Virus record (IMG/VR): IMGVR_UViG_3300025168_000062
Strand: one strand, 5' to 3'
Source of the DNA: an uncultured virus (IMG/VR IMGVR_UViG_3300025168_000062)
Taxonomy: Duplodnaviria > Heunggongvirae > Uroviricota > Caudoviricetes
DNA: 64,000 nt
Positions within the stretch are counted from its first letter, which is position 1; the number at the start of each line of letters is the position of its first letter. The translations under genes and the position numbers were made by a program. This document shows positions 41,901-49,093 of this stretch, one piece after another. The notes beneath the pieces are model-generated. The model had not been told where the DNA came from. It was given only the letters and a program-made list of their open reading frames with translations, and ran no database searches.

Positions 41901-41991
41901 TAATGTGGTCTATACTAGAAAAGGTAAAGCCGCGTCTAACGCGCTTAGAAAATCAGATGGAACAGGCGGTTATTCTGAGGATGTGCTCTGA
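32995..41991 (+). CDS. Giant tail-tip/baseplate-hub and adhesin protein (2998 aa)
   Basis: Only gene after tape measure; beta-rich; hub-like segments (YWNGFLDKV...SRDAIGRL; GRFEYRP); Pro/Gly linker near C-terminus. Confidence 0.75.
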   Translation: MTRHMMNHNSQTRKYTSGQPFDEDYQVWLSGYWEDFTSSYSLPEASSNTLNLSDTHFGNPLNAEARLNPHYRWSYADRTSTYSGATVYGAGMVTNDIKELHNLSMAEWFSVDPVRLGKGRDFTSKINNEYLDSHAHSNRYRLGGKGELDSYILMTTSHVAGGKYIIDNGEIDSSFARSDSVGYNFSQTAGITGAVNTSYASSNGAVLNAALIDYSEVFNDSGQDAKVFRTVSASTTGSFTIDTAPTDILTTGTWSSNQHAAYILGAEIKSPSRTPFLAIRNTMPVTHRINGDVAPTGTDGVWRYTGAKRELHHFRVGDIVQVGKHDEYAVIQAFNSDKTSITKLYSLSRNQLLNVSKFKSTSGDYIEGGASESNVDIRKWFEPVMTYDGSLNCVGDGDTFHIRYCPLVVKSNGLPDSDRVAHYILRVGFDSSRLNMTSKGNRYELSGSDYNPSHSCAAIQFEIQPHSTSEAQKIDHNVNLVRVSSLDSSIASAHKQSFIDYDATSTITTPNYSNEWQQWMDIDVVMDFTNQRYKVYVDGFESGTFNFETKPSGGSWVASDLYGWHMDHASLQKDGSYTPDNGGNEYALTAGKFWGPKSEITTTMWTLIDRAGIVNEITNPVRNSPNSIVAANDLSIQEITYDAGINETSRLSMLIIDDDNERQIQDIFSSSPSEWMVLLFKNGIDSIYWNGFLDKVRVTQDGKKKTRTIQLISRDAIGRLDGIMPYWEVGQNELTISTNYKYREAEARMVSENFYFGARALLRGNETIGMDHQTRAKDSYASTTEIGAISGYYTSRYDQRTRLYSANPIQMYVGQDDFGPKVDSDVYNTAPTAEHSDKNIWRQWNTRKILGFSDGRSMGQKYIVAHCIEHGLSVNDEFKIYGEHHTNAFTTTSAGVNGLDIVVKKIIDIHHFAFEYKSSVGNIFGHLGDEAGHFWSVITRHTDKHGLGFDLGSTSPYTYTGWAQGNFSSNSARGLIPISQNFATGMGRFDASNTKQWSSYYTNNVWTLNDNQVVTSNIAATEETIDNNSDGQSDSFINNTVSKAMSIQFDNGDENYAPTGVPNFRGYTSYQFKPLGVIELKHNSIYPLIDLHGLGTVGPLFNFNDGRLLPTSSDAYDYRHALEYVGTIGTTFRSQLFSIVDYYRAFRKTLEKHSSNGREIIGTPEGTVSQAPRTTGVGIDYNLRMLIRGNDIDQRDPHKIPSLSVTENSLGASDTYEGRATNFIQRGNTGIKITAQSGSGSNIQLTITTSQTFQLPFSGFGTFGPNGTAQGLFRWTGVDDTNHKLTGVTILASGSTSLAQHISNNTASLTPFIFPVISTNQALFTPPTARQPKQQYRVAHASYMHDIASSMWFRMVFGIIEEQAAGVDGPPHNEKARRGNKLSNMVGNSLSGWHYQEREGESNDLYTTQYSDYFTLRSAYTAGGTTLVLDKATPPLIDENFKDRRYIDKGSLSYDTGTDPLISIPSRANAHSTKRQMLNGGLVFEIENPNGTLDVGAARSAQMTSCADDTASFTHWEIVKLTQSEIVNTLKPNTADIDENNSFVGGDWTMPNKSTITSFPGPIVLTAAHNPSNLLTGNKPAYTDNRLFDPDFFHSGNDEAVSGARMFQSLDIGDIIFVGNTQGTITNQPITGSLDSHYNVDNHYGEDRDFVSYRWYRILDKATDHSTITIFPAEYSYCNHDLQSDNGTYINRHPVGMHIVAHDAVGQFKGWYNKLKRGADANDYQGDLPSGFPTVKQPICKIYSGDITISGVKHLKNNHLAGAKGRFRRIRNNFNHVWLNWADMRNDGSADADGSFRQSKFGLLYPTEEQYSVDLVFSSTQADITSLGIGSDVDLWELTDTDPFTNGAWSANYNNKITNMTHLHDWESKAGAPIAVDASKYFNLNTMTNNGKIGQTSGGTKNIADYDYTVSGNAQLMDNYWWQAGPHPYTAKYRHPYDPNFQFYVRYETRLAEDLDGKPLMLIDSSNLYHGSYFNDTKSVGIMESVDADDDQLNTFTYKMGGCFVNKYDENQSNAQRLYMGLGAEKVDKSVGVWTDPIGYSMGNTQSSENNSGGIVSNGEHTVYNAWASQMGLGSMMVMQGHVESRGSNTYYDHDKIRIIFQSHNTESWLSGSQIPCSYDINNVPISYDMTIDSFGSVMDGRGTTTLRMISNIRKSSGNGDAGNYQAFNYMIGRNGRFEYRPTYNSGISLTRNDLNKSDVDQEARAQFTHVRIYYNNGESFVDTPTPILDGSQVKFKMLNLPSVRSSTEATAAGDRELERVRDKEITVLATIKDDTKGLFTGGLYGYISTPLVQCLSGLASSYGSFFPHGNLTGQIIGGRQNAMDGNLDATNSSLIGATSSMAFLDTGSGNHGGGGCNTYDTHATKWYGQYTPYGIHCIEKAVQIVHIPKGVPKVSTGSNQKLRMFITHKSASANGAEFRLWLIDSHFDSQRRQGYTGNNPLTTAKISYLDITKNGFHEISFPTSYGAPSGAKMIVSFNKEYCMDLLKYRSNHTTSSKSNKGNRVTTLPSTDVSLLDLSHGNPVNEASAFPLGLSLYYRPHGSEDSQGRQGPLWQLRPRALYYAPSVEIVDDFAYRVGTDLNYNDDHLSINTSLTVSKLNWKIKEQDNEELELRLIKNKSQEVKYLSLGVGTTPTPPQAGNPPSNGGNGLPGGGLGDQIPYLPGDDIGGAPGWGGLKPPQRGGMGSQHELSGGITKASRISNISGAPVQNVGGLGSTMTGSKVGISKMSKGATNTIKGIDKIDGERWTNKQVIKNKSTSKEAIGQVKSTSSGSAVIGADGFTLPGVSALFADGTSIPAKADYHEGSTTITVPSAVSNDKISVVLTVKAPLTGGGSKYTLFSTLECIETGEMQRKVVSITADDTPKRIALFTTRKLIGAGTVGNRIKITVGRVPGGGLLANPDGDDDSPFSSMKIKSIEVSFNETSKGKDTGIISTRDKITTKDNTQGFMSGTDKAWDSKTSDATFDASGNVVYTRKGKAASNALRKSDGTGGYSEDVL

Positions 41992-42503
41992 TTCAAAACG
42001 ACTTTTTGAGTATATGCTTCAATTAACCACGCAACATAATCCTCTAATGTTTCGACTTCAAAATAATGTGTAGCGGGAAAACGAAATAGAAAGGTCTTTT
42101 TGAATGCCGCAATCCTACTTTTCATTCTCGCTTTTTGTATCACGGCGTTTTGTTTACCTCCTTTTTTACCTTTAGCAAAAAATGGTTTAAGGTCTTTTGT
42201 CTCACCATAGACAACTAAGTAGGGTATTTGCTCATTATTTTTTGCGTAATCATTCATATCCCTTAACTGAGCCGCTATGGTTCTAGACCGCCCTTGTCCT
42301 ATTATTGACGCAGATAAGTCCTTGATTTCTTTAGCCTCTATAATCCAATCGCCTATGATATAATCCCCTGTCTTAAGACGAGTGACATACACTTTACCTT
42401 TTGGGTCTGTTTTAGCATCACCTAAAGACATAAAGAGTTTATGTATTACCTTATCATTTTCTCTATCATCAACTATGAGATAACCACTAGGTAAGTCGCG
42501 CAT
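41970..42503 (-). CDS. ERCC4/XPF-family structure-specific nuclease (resolvase candidate)
   Basis: VDDRE...GDY...EAKEIKD; CTTATAAG at 42525-42532 supports a leaderless ATG at 42503. Confidence 0.85.
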   Translation of the reverse strand: MRDLPSGYLIVDDRENDKVIHKLFMSLGDAKTDPKGKVYVTRLKTGDYIIGDWIIEAKEIKDLSASIIGQGRSRTIAAQLRDMNDYAKNNEQIPYLVVYGETKDLKPFFAKGKKGGKQNAVIQKARMKSRIAAFKKTFLFRFPATHYFEVETLEDYVAWLIEAYTQKVVLNQSTSSE

Positions 42504-42697
42504 GACCAAACGACTTGGCCTACGCTTATAAGTATTACTATCAGTTTGGGTGTCCTTCGTTGCATGAATCGACACTAATGAAGCAACAAATACACTTCCT
42601 AGAGCCATGCAAAGGTATAATCAGGACTGACCCGCACCGAACACAAGGTTCTATATACACAATACTTTATAGGAGAACCGGACCTATAAAAACCTTT

Positions 42698-43729
42698 TTA
42701 GTATTCACGCCTAGTTCCGTCATCTCGCCAACATGGACCTGAACATAGGCCACGCTTACAGAACCACGCACAAGACGTAGACCTGCCGTATGACACAAGA
42801 GTATTTAGTGCTTTCCTTGTGACCTGTTCATTGTAGTCTTGCCAGTTGAGTTTCTCAATAAACTTTACTGCTAAATCTATCATTTCCTGTCTTTGGTCAT
42901 AACTCAACGCTGATGGTTCAGCAAAATTACGAAGATGCTCAAATAAATGCTGTGCTAATGCGACACGAATATGATGTGGGGGATTTGATACTTCTATTTC
43001 TCGTTGCAGACATGGTATCATAGGTATAGCCTCTTGCGTTCCTTCTATGACCGTAAGTTGCTGTATATTCCAATCACCCATGAGGTCTAGTGGATTATTA
43101 GAAGCCCACTCCCTTATGTCAAACCCTGCTTCTTTTCTTTTTACTCCCCAATAGGGGTGAAGATGTGAAGCAAGTGAATCCTTTGGCCTTTCTGCTATTT
43201 GAGTCGCCTGTGGAGTCGCTTTGAAAACATTCACATCCACCATTACCGCAAAACGCCCCCTTTTAGCGTTATATGTATGTGGTATTCGACATAATTTTCT
43301 TGGATAACCAACACCATCTAGTGTCAAAAGACCTGAAGCCATCTTTCTTTGGTATCTATCAATAGTATGTCTCCATCTGCGTGAATCTACCGGCACATTA
43401 AATAATTGATGAATATGAAAACCTCTTCCTGTCGCAACTAATCTTACATCACCCTCTAGTCTACACAGAAGCATAGCAACATCATCTTTAACTTGCTCTA
43501 TTGTATAGTCATCAGTAGAATCAAAATCCCACCATGCTCTATCCATGATGGCTGTATTATCTTTGTCATCCATATCACCAAAGGAATAGAGACTTGTATA
43601 TAAGTCTGCTTTACCATTGAGTTTTCTTACATATTCTTTGAAGTTAAACTCGCTAGTGCATATCTTTCTTTTCAAACCTATTTCACGAGGAAATGTCAGT
43701 AGGTCCATCATATCCTTCAACCGCGCCAC
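42698..43729 (-). CDS. Archaeo-eukaryotic primase, PriS-PriL fusion
   Basis: WDFD, TGRGFH and RIP motifs; C-terminal PCL...C..C...C Fe-S-like domain. Confidence 0.85.
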   Translation of the reverse strand: MARLKDMMDLLTFPREIGLKRKICTSEFNFKEYVRKLNGKADLYTSLYSFGDMDDKDNTAIMDRAWWDFDSTDDYTIEQVKDDVAMLLCRLEGDVRLVATGRGFHIHQLFNVPVDSRRWRHTIDRYQRKMASGLLTLDGVGYPRKLCRIPHTYNAKRGRFAVMVDVNVFKATPQATQIAERPKDSLASHLHPYWGVKRKEAGFDIREWASNNPLDLMGDWNIQQLTVIEGTQEAIPMIPCLQREIEVSNPPHHIRVALAQHLFEHLRNFAEPSALSYDQRQEMIDLAVKFIEKLNWQDYNEQVTRKALNTLVSYGRSTSCAWFCKRGLCSGPCWRDDGTRREY

Positions 43730-43880
43730 ATCCTTGACAAGTCCTAATTCGATTCTTAGATAAACCTTTGCCTTCTTGCATCCCTACCGCAAATGTATGT
43801 GTTATATTCCACATCTTTAGTTTGCCACACTCTTCGCACATTTCTATTGTTGTTAAGTTTTGTAATTCTCTTGTATTCAT
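43683..43880 (-). CDS. Small zinc-ribbon protein
   Basis: CEEC...CQGC. Confidence 0.7.
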   Translation of the reverse strand: MNTRELQNLTTIEMCEECGKLKMWNITHTFAVGMQEGKGLSKNRIRTCQGCGAVEGYDGPTDISS

Positions 43881-44734
43881 GCTATCACCGTTGGGTCTTG
43901 ACCCGCACCATGTAACTCTTCATCACAGGATAAATAGAAATCACAATAGTTTGCACAGAAATATTCACTCCATTTAGGAGTCCAATCTTTCATCTTAAGA
44001 GTATTAACTATTCTATCATAGTCTTTTTCAAAAGCAGTGTGGCTACGCTTACCTAGTTTCTCTATGACTGTTATTCCTTTCACATCTCCAACATAGACTT
44101 CTTTGTTTTTGCTACTTAGTAATGTTGTTGCAGTTCTAGGGTTGGTGCAATCAGAGGATATTAACATCATGTGTGTAACAGGACCATATTTTTCTTCATA
44201 GCCTAGTAGCCTAATCATTCTAGCATAGAAACATAGTTCTCTTCGCACCCTGCTTAACTTAGCGGTGCTTAGGTCACCTGTTTTCAATTCCATAATACAA
44301 AGACCACCATCGGGGTGTAGCATAAGACCATCCCACATACCCGAAAGAACAATATCATATTCAGGGTCATACACCTCCTTCTTTACTTCTGCCTCAATCG
44401 GCAAGAAGAACTCGTTGCCCCATACTTCCAAGCGTTGTGTCTCCATAACTGCGATTTCGTCAAAGGTGTCGTCATATTCTGTTCCAACGGGCAACTGCCC
44501 TCGTATAGATGCAAGACCTGTATGTTCATCTTTATTGGTGTATAAGTCCTCAACACCCTTATGAACAATAGTGCCTTTAAGCATTAACTCGGTGGCAGGT
44601 ATTCTTACATCGGGCAACGCTACCTTGTTCCACCAATACTTACGAGGACACTGCCTTGCGTTCATGAATGATGATTTACTCATACGGAGCCTAACATCAC
44701 CTATAACTTCATAGGGATTATAGGATGATTCCAT
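43877..44734 (-). CDS. Cas4-like PD-(D/E)xK exonuclease
   Basis: CPRKYW, GTIVH, D...ELKTG, C-terminal CxxxCxxxxxC. Confidence 0.85.
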   Translation of the reverse strand: MESSYNPYEVIGDVRLRMSKSSFMNARQCPRKYWWNKVALPDVRIPATELMLKGTIVHKGVEDLYTNKDEHTGLASIRGQLPVGTEYDDTFDEIAVMETQRLEVWGNEFFLPIEAEVKKEVYDPEYDIVLSGMWDGLMLHPDGGLCIMELKTGDLSTAKLSRVRRELCFYARMIRLLGYEEKYGPVTHMMLISSDCTNPRTATTLLSSKNKEVYVGDVKGITVIEKLGKRSHTAFEKDYDRIVNTLKMKDWTPKWSEYFCANYCDFYLSCDEELHGAGQDPTVIA

Positions 44735-44738
44735 ATAC

Positions 44739-45107
44739 TCACTCTTCTTCTGCGAATGGATTGTCTATATGAGAAAATCCTGTCATACATTCTTCGACTT
44801 CTTTACCGTCTTTGTCTATTCTGTTAGGACAGACCGGCATAGCCTGTATTTCTTCAAACGCATGAGGATAGATTATTTTCATACCGCACCCACTACATTC
44901 TTCTTTAGCCGCTAGACCTGCGTCTAATAGATGAAGATGTAAAAGTGTTGTCATATTCTCAGCGTGTTTGCTAAAGTCAATAAACACACTCACTAATTGA
45001 TTATGCTTTTCCTCAATCAAATCCACTTTTTCTTTCATTTCTCTTAAGTCTTGTTGCATGACCTGTTTTACTGTCATTTTCTTCGGTGTTCGCTGTCCTT
45101 TCATTAT
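44739..45107 (-). CDS. Coiled-coil and zinc-finger hypothetical protein
   Basis: CSGC...CP; ATG overlaps the polB end. Confidence 0.6.
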   Translation of the reverse strand: MMKGQRTPKKMTVKQVMQQDLREMKEKVDLIEEKHNQLVSVFIDFSKHAENMTTLLHLHLLDAGLAAKEECSGCGMKIIYPHAFEEIQAMPVCPNRIDKDGKEVEECMTGFSHIDNPFAEEE

Positions 45108-47305
45108 AACCACTCTACTGTTTTTCTTCCCTTCTTCGCATCGTATAGTGGAGCCATATCCCAAGATGCTATTTCATAGAAAGGCTTAACTTTCTCTAAA
45201 ATATATCTGTCAGACATTGTCTCGTAACCTATCCCAATGGTTGCTGGTAGTTCTTCCACCTTGTCAAAAGATATAAACCTTCCGTTATTATCTATCAATA
45301 ACCAAAAATATGAACCTTTTCTATATTCTTTTCCTAAGTGGGTATTAGCCCAGAGCGCACCTGCGGCTGAACCACCTATGGTCTTATAGTCCTTTAGGTC
45401 TTTCTTTAGTTTACCTTTCATCTTTAACTCGTCAAGGGATATGCTACCATCTATTATATTATGTATCATACCGCAGACTTTCTCAGTAACACTTTCTTCG
45501 CTTTTACCGTCAAGCATAGAGTTTATAGTTGAGTTCATAGCGTCTTTCATTATCTGAGGCATCCTTGCTTGTTTAGATTCAATCCCCTTGATATAATAGT
45601 CGGGTTCGTGGTATTTACCATCAGTCCATACTACCTTACCTGCGTATCTATTCTTAGCCTTAAGAAGCATACGCTCACAATACTTTTCAAACTCAGTTTC
45701 AATAGGAGCCATTTCTTTATTAATCCAATCCATCATCTCCATACCTGCTTCGGGGGATTCAACAGTTACGAAAACAGAATCAGTATGACCATATATAACA
45801 TCACAGCCCCATTCAATACACTTATCCCTTAATGTGAAAAGAGTGTTTCTTGACGTGCGAGTAATAGCCGCCGCTACCGCAGGGTGATACATACCGAATC
45901 TGCTATCACCACATACTCCATACAGTGAAGCCACTAAGGACTTTGTTGCGAACTGAGCCGAATCCCATTTAGTCTTTTCGTCTTTGGTTGTCGAAGCCTT
46001 CATATTACCCTTGTATTCATTTCTTAAATCCGTAAGTAGGTTCATAGCGCGACCTAACGCGCCTGTTGGTGCATCAGTATCGAATACTGCATTCTTCTCA
46101 TCAAGCAGTGTTTCCCAAGATATATTATATTTGGTCACATTACTATGATACATGGCTTTTATATCCATGATAGCAACTCTTTCATATAGCCCTGCTACCG
46201 GTTCTTGTATATCTGCACCTTGATATTCCTCGTAAGCGAACTGCGCTTTGGATGGCATTTGCCAATCTATCTCTTCATCACGCATAAATAATACTGTTGC
46301 TAATCTAGTGACCCAAGGAGTTGTTGCTATATCACACTGAACAATATGCTGTAAATTAATATAGTGGTCGATACAGTTAAGCATCTTATCTAGTTTGGGA
46401 AGTAAGGCTACGTCTTGTATGTTATAGTCAATGTATAGACCGATGTCTGTATAGTATGTATCATGCCCATTAGGTAAATCCATCTTTTCCTCATCATCAA
46501 GAACAAACTGCGAAACATCCTTAAGACTTTGACCTGGTAGTTGCCCGTTCTTTATTCGCCACAACTTACAAAATACAGTCATAAGGTCAATAGTAATTCT
46601 GCCTTTGATACACTGCGACCAGTCATCGAACTTATACCTAACAGAACCGTGTGGGCTCATTCTTTTACCTGCATTCCACCCATACCTTTTACAAGACTCA
46701 AATAAAACCCTCATATCAGCACCCATAAAAAACCAACCTGTCAATACATCGGGGTCTTTCTTCATCATTACATGAAAGAAATCATCTAACAACTCTTTTT
46801 CAGTAGCGAATGCTTTTAGTGGGGGATTGAAAACCTTGTCTCCTAACTTTGAAACCAAAGGTGGATGTGTTTGACCGGGAGGCGATACAAACCAAGTTAG
46901 ATACTTACCCATGTAATTATCATACACGGTCGCAACTGTTACTTCTTCCTGTTCATTCCATTCAAGGTCAACATACCATACACGATGCTTATAGAATGGA
47001 TAGTCTTTACCATTATCCATAAGTGCTCTATTAGTGAATGGGATATTACATTCCCATGTCTGTGAAAACTTATCTTTTAATTGTAATACTTCATAGGGGT
47101 CAGCAAGTGTAACCTTAGTTAGTTCTTCGCCATAAAGACCTGTGAACCCATCTTCCTTTTTTACAGCAGATATTAAATCCGCTTCTGTTGTTTTAAGAAA
47201 CCCATAAGGATAAATGTCGTTAATAATGTCTTGCTTTCGGTCAAGTGTTACAGGGTCACGATACCTTACAGCAACTCTTCTTCCACCTAAACCATCCACT
47301 ATCAT
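45104..47305 (-). CDS. polB: Family B DNA polymerase
   Basis: Exonuclease DLE; DIKAMYHS, KSLVASLYG, YGHTDS and KNRY motifs. Confidence 0.96.
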   Translation of the reverse strand: MIVDGLGGRRVAVRYRDPVTLDRKQDIINDIYPYGFLKTTEADLISAVKKEDGFTGLYGEELTKVTLADPYEVLQLKDKFSQTWECNIPFTNRALMDNGKDYPFYKHRVWYVDLEWNEQEEVTVATVYDNYMGKYLTWFVSPPGQTHPPLVSKLGDKVFNPPLKAFATEKELLDDFFHVMMKKDPDVLTGWFFMGADMRVLFESCKRYGWNAGKRMSPHGSVRYKFDDWSQCIKGRITIDLMTVFCKLWRIKNGQLPGQSLKDVSQFVLDDEEKMDLPNGHDTYYTDIGLYIDYNIQDVALLPKLDKMLNCIDHYINLQHIVQCDIATTPWVTRLATVLFMRDEEIDWQMPSKAQFAYEEYQGADIQEPVAGLYERVAIMDIKAMYHSNVTKYNISWETLLDEKNAVFDTDAPTGALGRAMNLLTDLRNEYKGNMKASTTKDEKTKWDSAQFATKSLVASLYGVCGDSRFGMYHPAVAAAITRTSRNTLFTLRDKCIEWGCDVIYGHTDSVFVTVESPEAGMEMMDWINKEMAPIETEFEKYCERMLLKAKNRYAGKVVWTDGKYHEPDYYIKGIESKQARMPQIMKDAMNSTINSMLDGKSEESVTEKVCGMIHNIIDGSISLDELKMKGKLKKDLKDYKTIGGSAAGALWANTHLGKEYRKGSYFWLLIDNNGRFISFDKVEELPATIGIGYETMSDRYILEKVKPFYEIASWDMAPLYDAKKGRKTVEWL

Positions 47306-47790
47306 ACTAAGCCGTATGTGGGCTTAGTTATAACATTTGGGTATTTGTTAAAACAATCAAACCAATCCGCTATATCTTCTATTGCTTCGGCAGAAAAGGT
47401 TCTGACAAACTCCCAATCATTATGTGCTATGACCCAAGGATTTTCTTCTAGGCTTATACATAACTCATCATCTTCGGCAAACCATATAACCTTCTTGCCG
47501 GTCATGTGTGCATACATAATCTCCATACAGGTCCCTATGCTTAATTCTTTAGGAACATAATTGACTAGGATAACATCAGAACGGTCTATCATAAGTTTGT
47601 CTCGCGGCACTATCAATTCTTTGAATGCTTCGTCATAGTGAACCCCACCATGCTCTGCTGATACCATAGGATTGAATACTTCAAAACCTTTACTTGTTAA
47701 AATATTATAAGTAGTTTCTCTCCATCCTATTGAACGCCACCTTTCTTCATCTTCAAGAATAGGACCGCATAGATAGAAGGTTACGCTCAT
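47302..47790 (-). CDS. Nucleoside 2-deoxyribosyltransferase / nucleotide N-glycosidase family protein
   Basis: YLCGP, FNP, D...IDRSD, SIGTCME.MYA...K motifs. Confidence 0.85.
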   Translation of the reverse strand: MSVTFYLCGPILEDEERWRSIGWRETTYNILTSKGFEVFNPMVSAEHGGVHYDEAFKELIVPRDKLMIDRSDVILVNYVPKELSIGTCMEIMYAHMTGKKVIWFAEDDELCISLEENPWVIAHNDWEFVRTFSAEAIEDIADWFDCFNKYPNVITKPTYGLV

Positions 47791-48164
47791 TCAATACGCC
47801 TTCCCCGAGGTCTGCTAGGAATGTCTAGTTTTCTCAACCATTGATTAATAGTCATTGGACTTACACCACATAAGTCTCCTATCTGCTTAAGAGTTAAACC
47901 CTTACCCCAATAGTTTTCATTCAGCCATGAATGATTTCTATATGGTTTAGAGGTATCAGCCTCGCCTGTGGTTAAAAGATACCATACTCCATCTTTAACG
48001 AATCTTACATTCGCTTTACAGGGTATTAATTCTTGTATTCCATCTTGTTCTTCATCTATTACTATTGCGTATTTTACTTCTGTCATTTGTTTTGGCTTCC
48101 CGCCTATGGGCTTTCTACTATTACGGAAGAGGCATGGGGTTATAAATCTTTGGATTACAGCCAC
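47787..48164 (-). CDS. HTH DNA-binding protein
   Basis: LTLKQIGDLCGVSPMTINQWL. Confidence 0.75.
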   Translation of the reverse strand: MAVIQRFITPCLFRNSRKPIGGKPKQMTEVKYAIVIDEEQDGIQELIPCKANVRFVKDGVWYLLTTGEADTSKPYRNHSWLNENYWGKGLTLKQIGDLCGVSPMTINQWLRKLDIPSRPRGRRIE

Positions 48165-49093
48165 TCTGTATAGTTTCTTTTTTCAAAGTAAGAGGCTTTT
48201 AATTCTTTCGTCATTTTCATAGCGGGTATAGTCTTGTATATCTTATTTACAACAGACGGTCTTAGTTTCTGCTTTGCTATCTTACTGGCCGCACCCCTAA
48301 CTGCCGCACCTCTATTTACATCAATATTATTATGGCCTATTTTTTCTTCCCATGCTTTTGAAGCATAGTGGAGAAGAACAGGTGTCATATTCTTTATTAA
48401 CTTATTATCGTAGTCTTTACAGGCCGTATCATATATTAGACCGTTGTCAGTCCTATGTGAAAGATGATACCCTATACATTTATCCCCTTCCATAATGGTC
48501 AGAAGAAGTGCATCTTCTAATTGTGAATAGGCATTGAACGAGTCAATAAAGAAATTAGATTTCCATGATTTCTTATCCCTTTGTTTTAACCATCGGCCGG
48601 TCAAAGCATTACACGATTCTAGCGTTTTGTATGGGGTGTTGCCCCAATGAACCTGTATATCTATCGCGTCTGAGTCGATAAGCGACTCAGCCTTGTTACA
48701 TGGCTTTCTTAATTGGTTCTTATTCACCCCGTATCTATCGCTGAATGCCCTAAGATTGTATATGTATTCTTCATTATCAAACACACATTTGTCACTCGAA
48801 TACCCATAATCTATGAGGCTAGGAATACCTGCATCGTTTAATTTACTCACCACATCATAACTTGATGGTAGGATAGCATACAATACTTGAGTTCCCATAA
48901 TCTGTCTATCTTTTAGAACGACTAATTCATCGTCAATATATCCTAACTTGAATACATGAGGTTGGTGCATCAATCTAAGGGGGGATTCATAGTATCTAAT
49001 TAACCTACCACAAGTCATAGATGAAAGCCCTTGATAGAACTCGGTATAGTTTTCTAATGTTAGTGGCTTGAACTCGCTTAAGTCTAAAGCCAT
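48155..49093 (-). CDS. DUF2156-like (aminoacyl-transferase C-terminal, GNAT fold) protein
   Basis: EYIY...G.NK..LRK..N and VNRG...K.KLRP patterns resemble this family; recognised by eye only. Confidence 0.6.
   Translation of the reverse strand: MALDLSEFKPLTLENYTEFYQGLSSMTCGRLIRYYESPLRLMHQPHVFKLGYIDDELVVLKDRQIMGTQVLYAILPSSYDVVSKLNDAGIPSLIDYGYSSDKCVFDNEEYIYNLRAFSDRYGVNKNQLRKPCNKAESLIDSDAIDIQVHWGNTPYKTLESCNALTGRWLKQRDKKSWKSNFFIDSFNAYSQLEDALLLTIMEGDKCIGYHLSHRTDNGLIYDTACKDYDNKLIKNMTPVLLHYASKAWEEKIGHNNIDVNRGAAVRGAASKIAKQKLRPSVVNKIYKTIPAMKMTKELKASYFEKRNYTEWL

Noticed and set aside
42504..42608. N-terminal extension of the ERCC4 nuclease in the ORF track
   Set aside because: A TATA box at 42525-42532 favours the ATG at 42503
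43877..44734. CRISPR-Cas adaptation module
   Set aside because: Solo Cas4-like nuclease inside a replication operon; no cas1, cas2 or array
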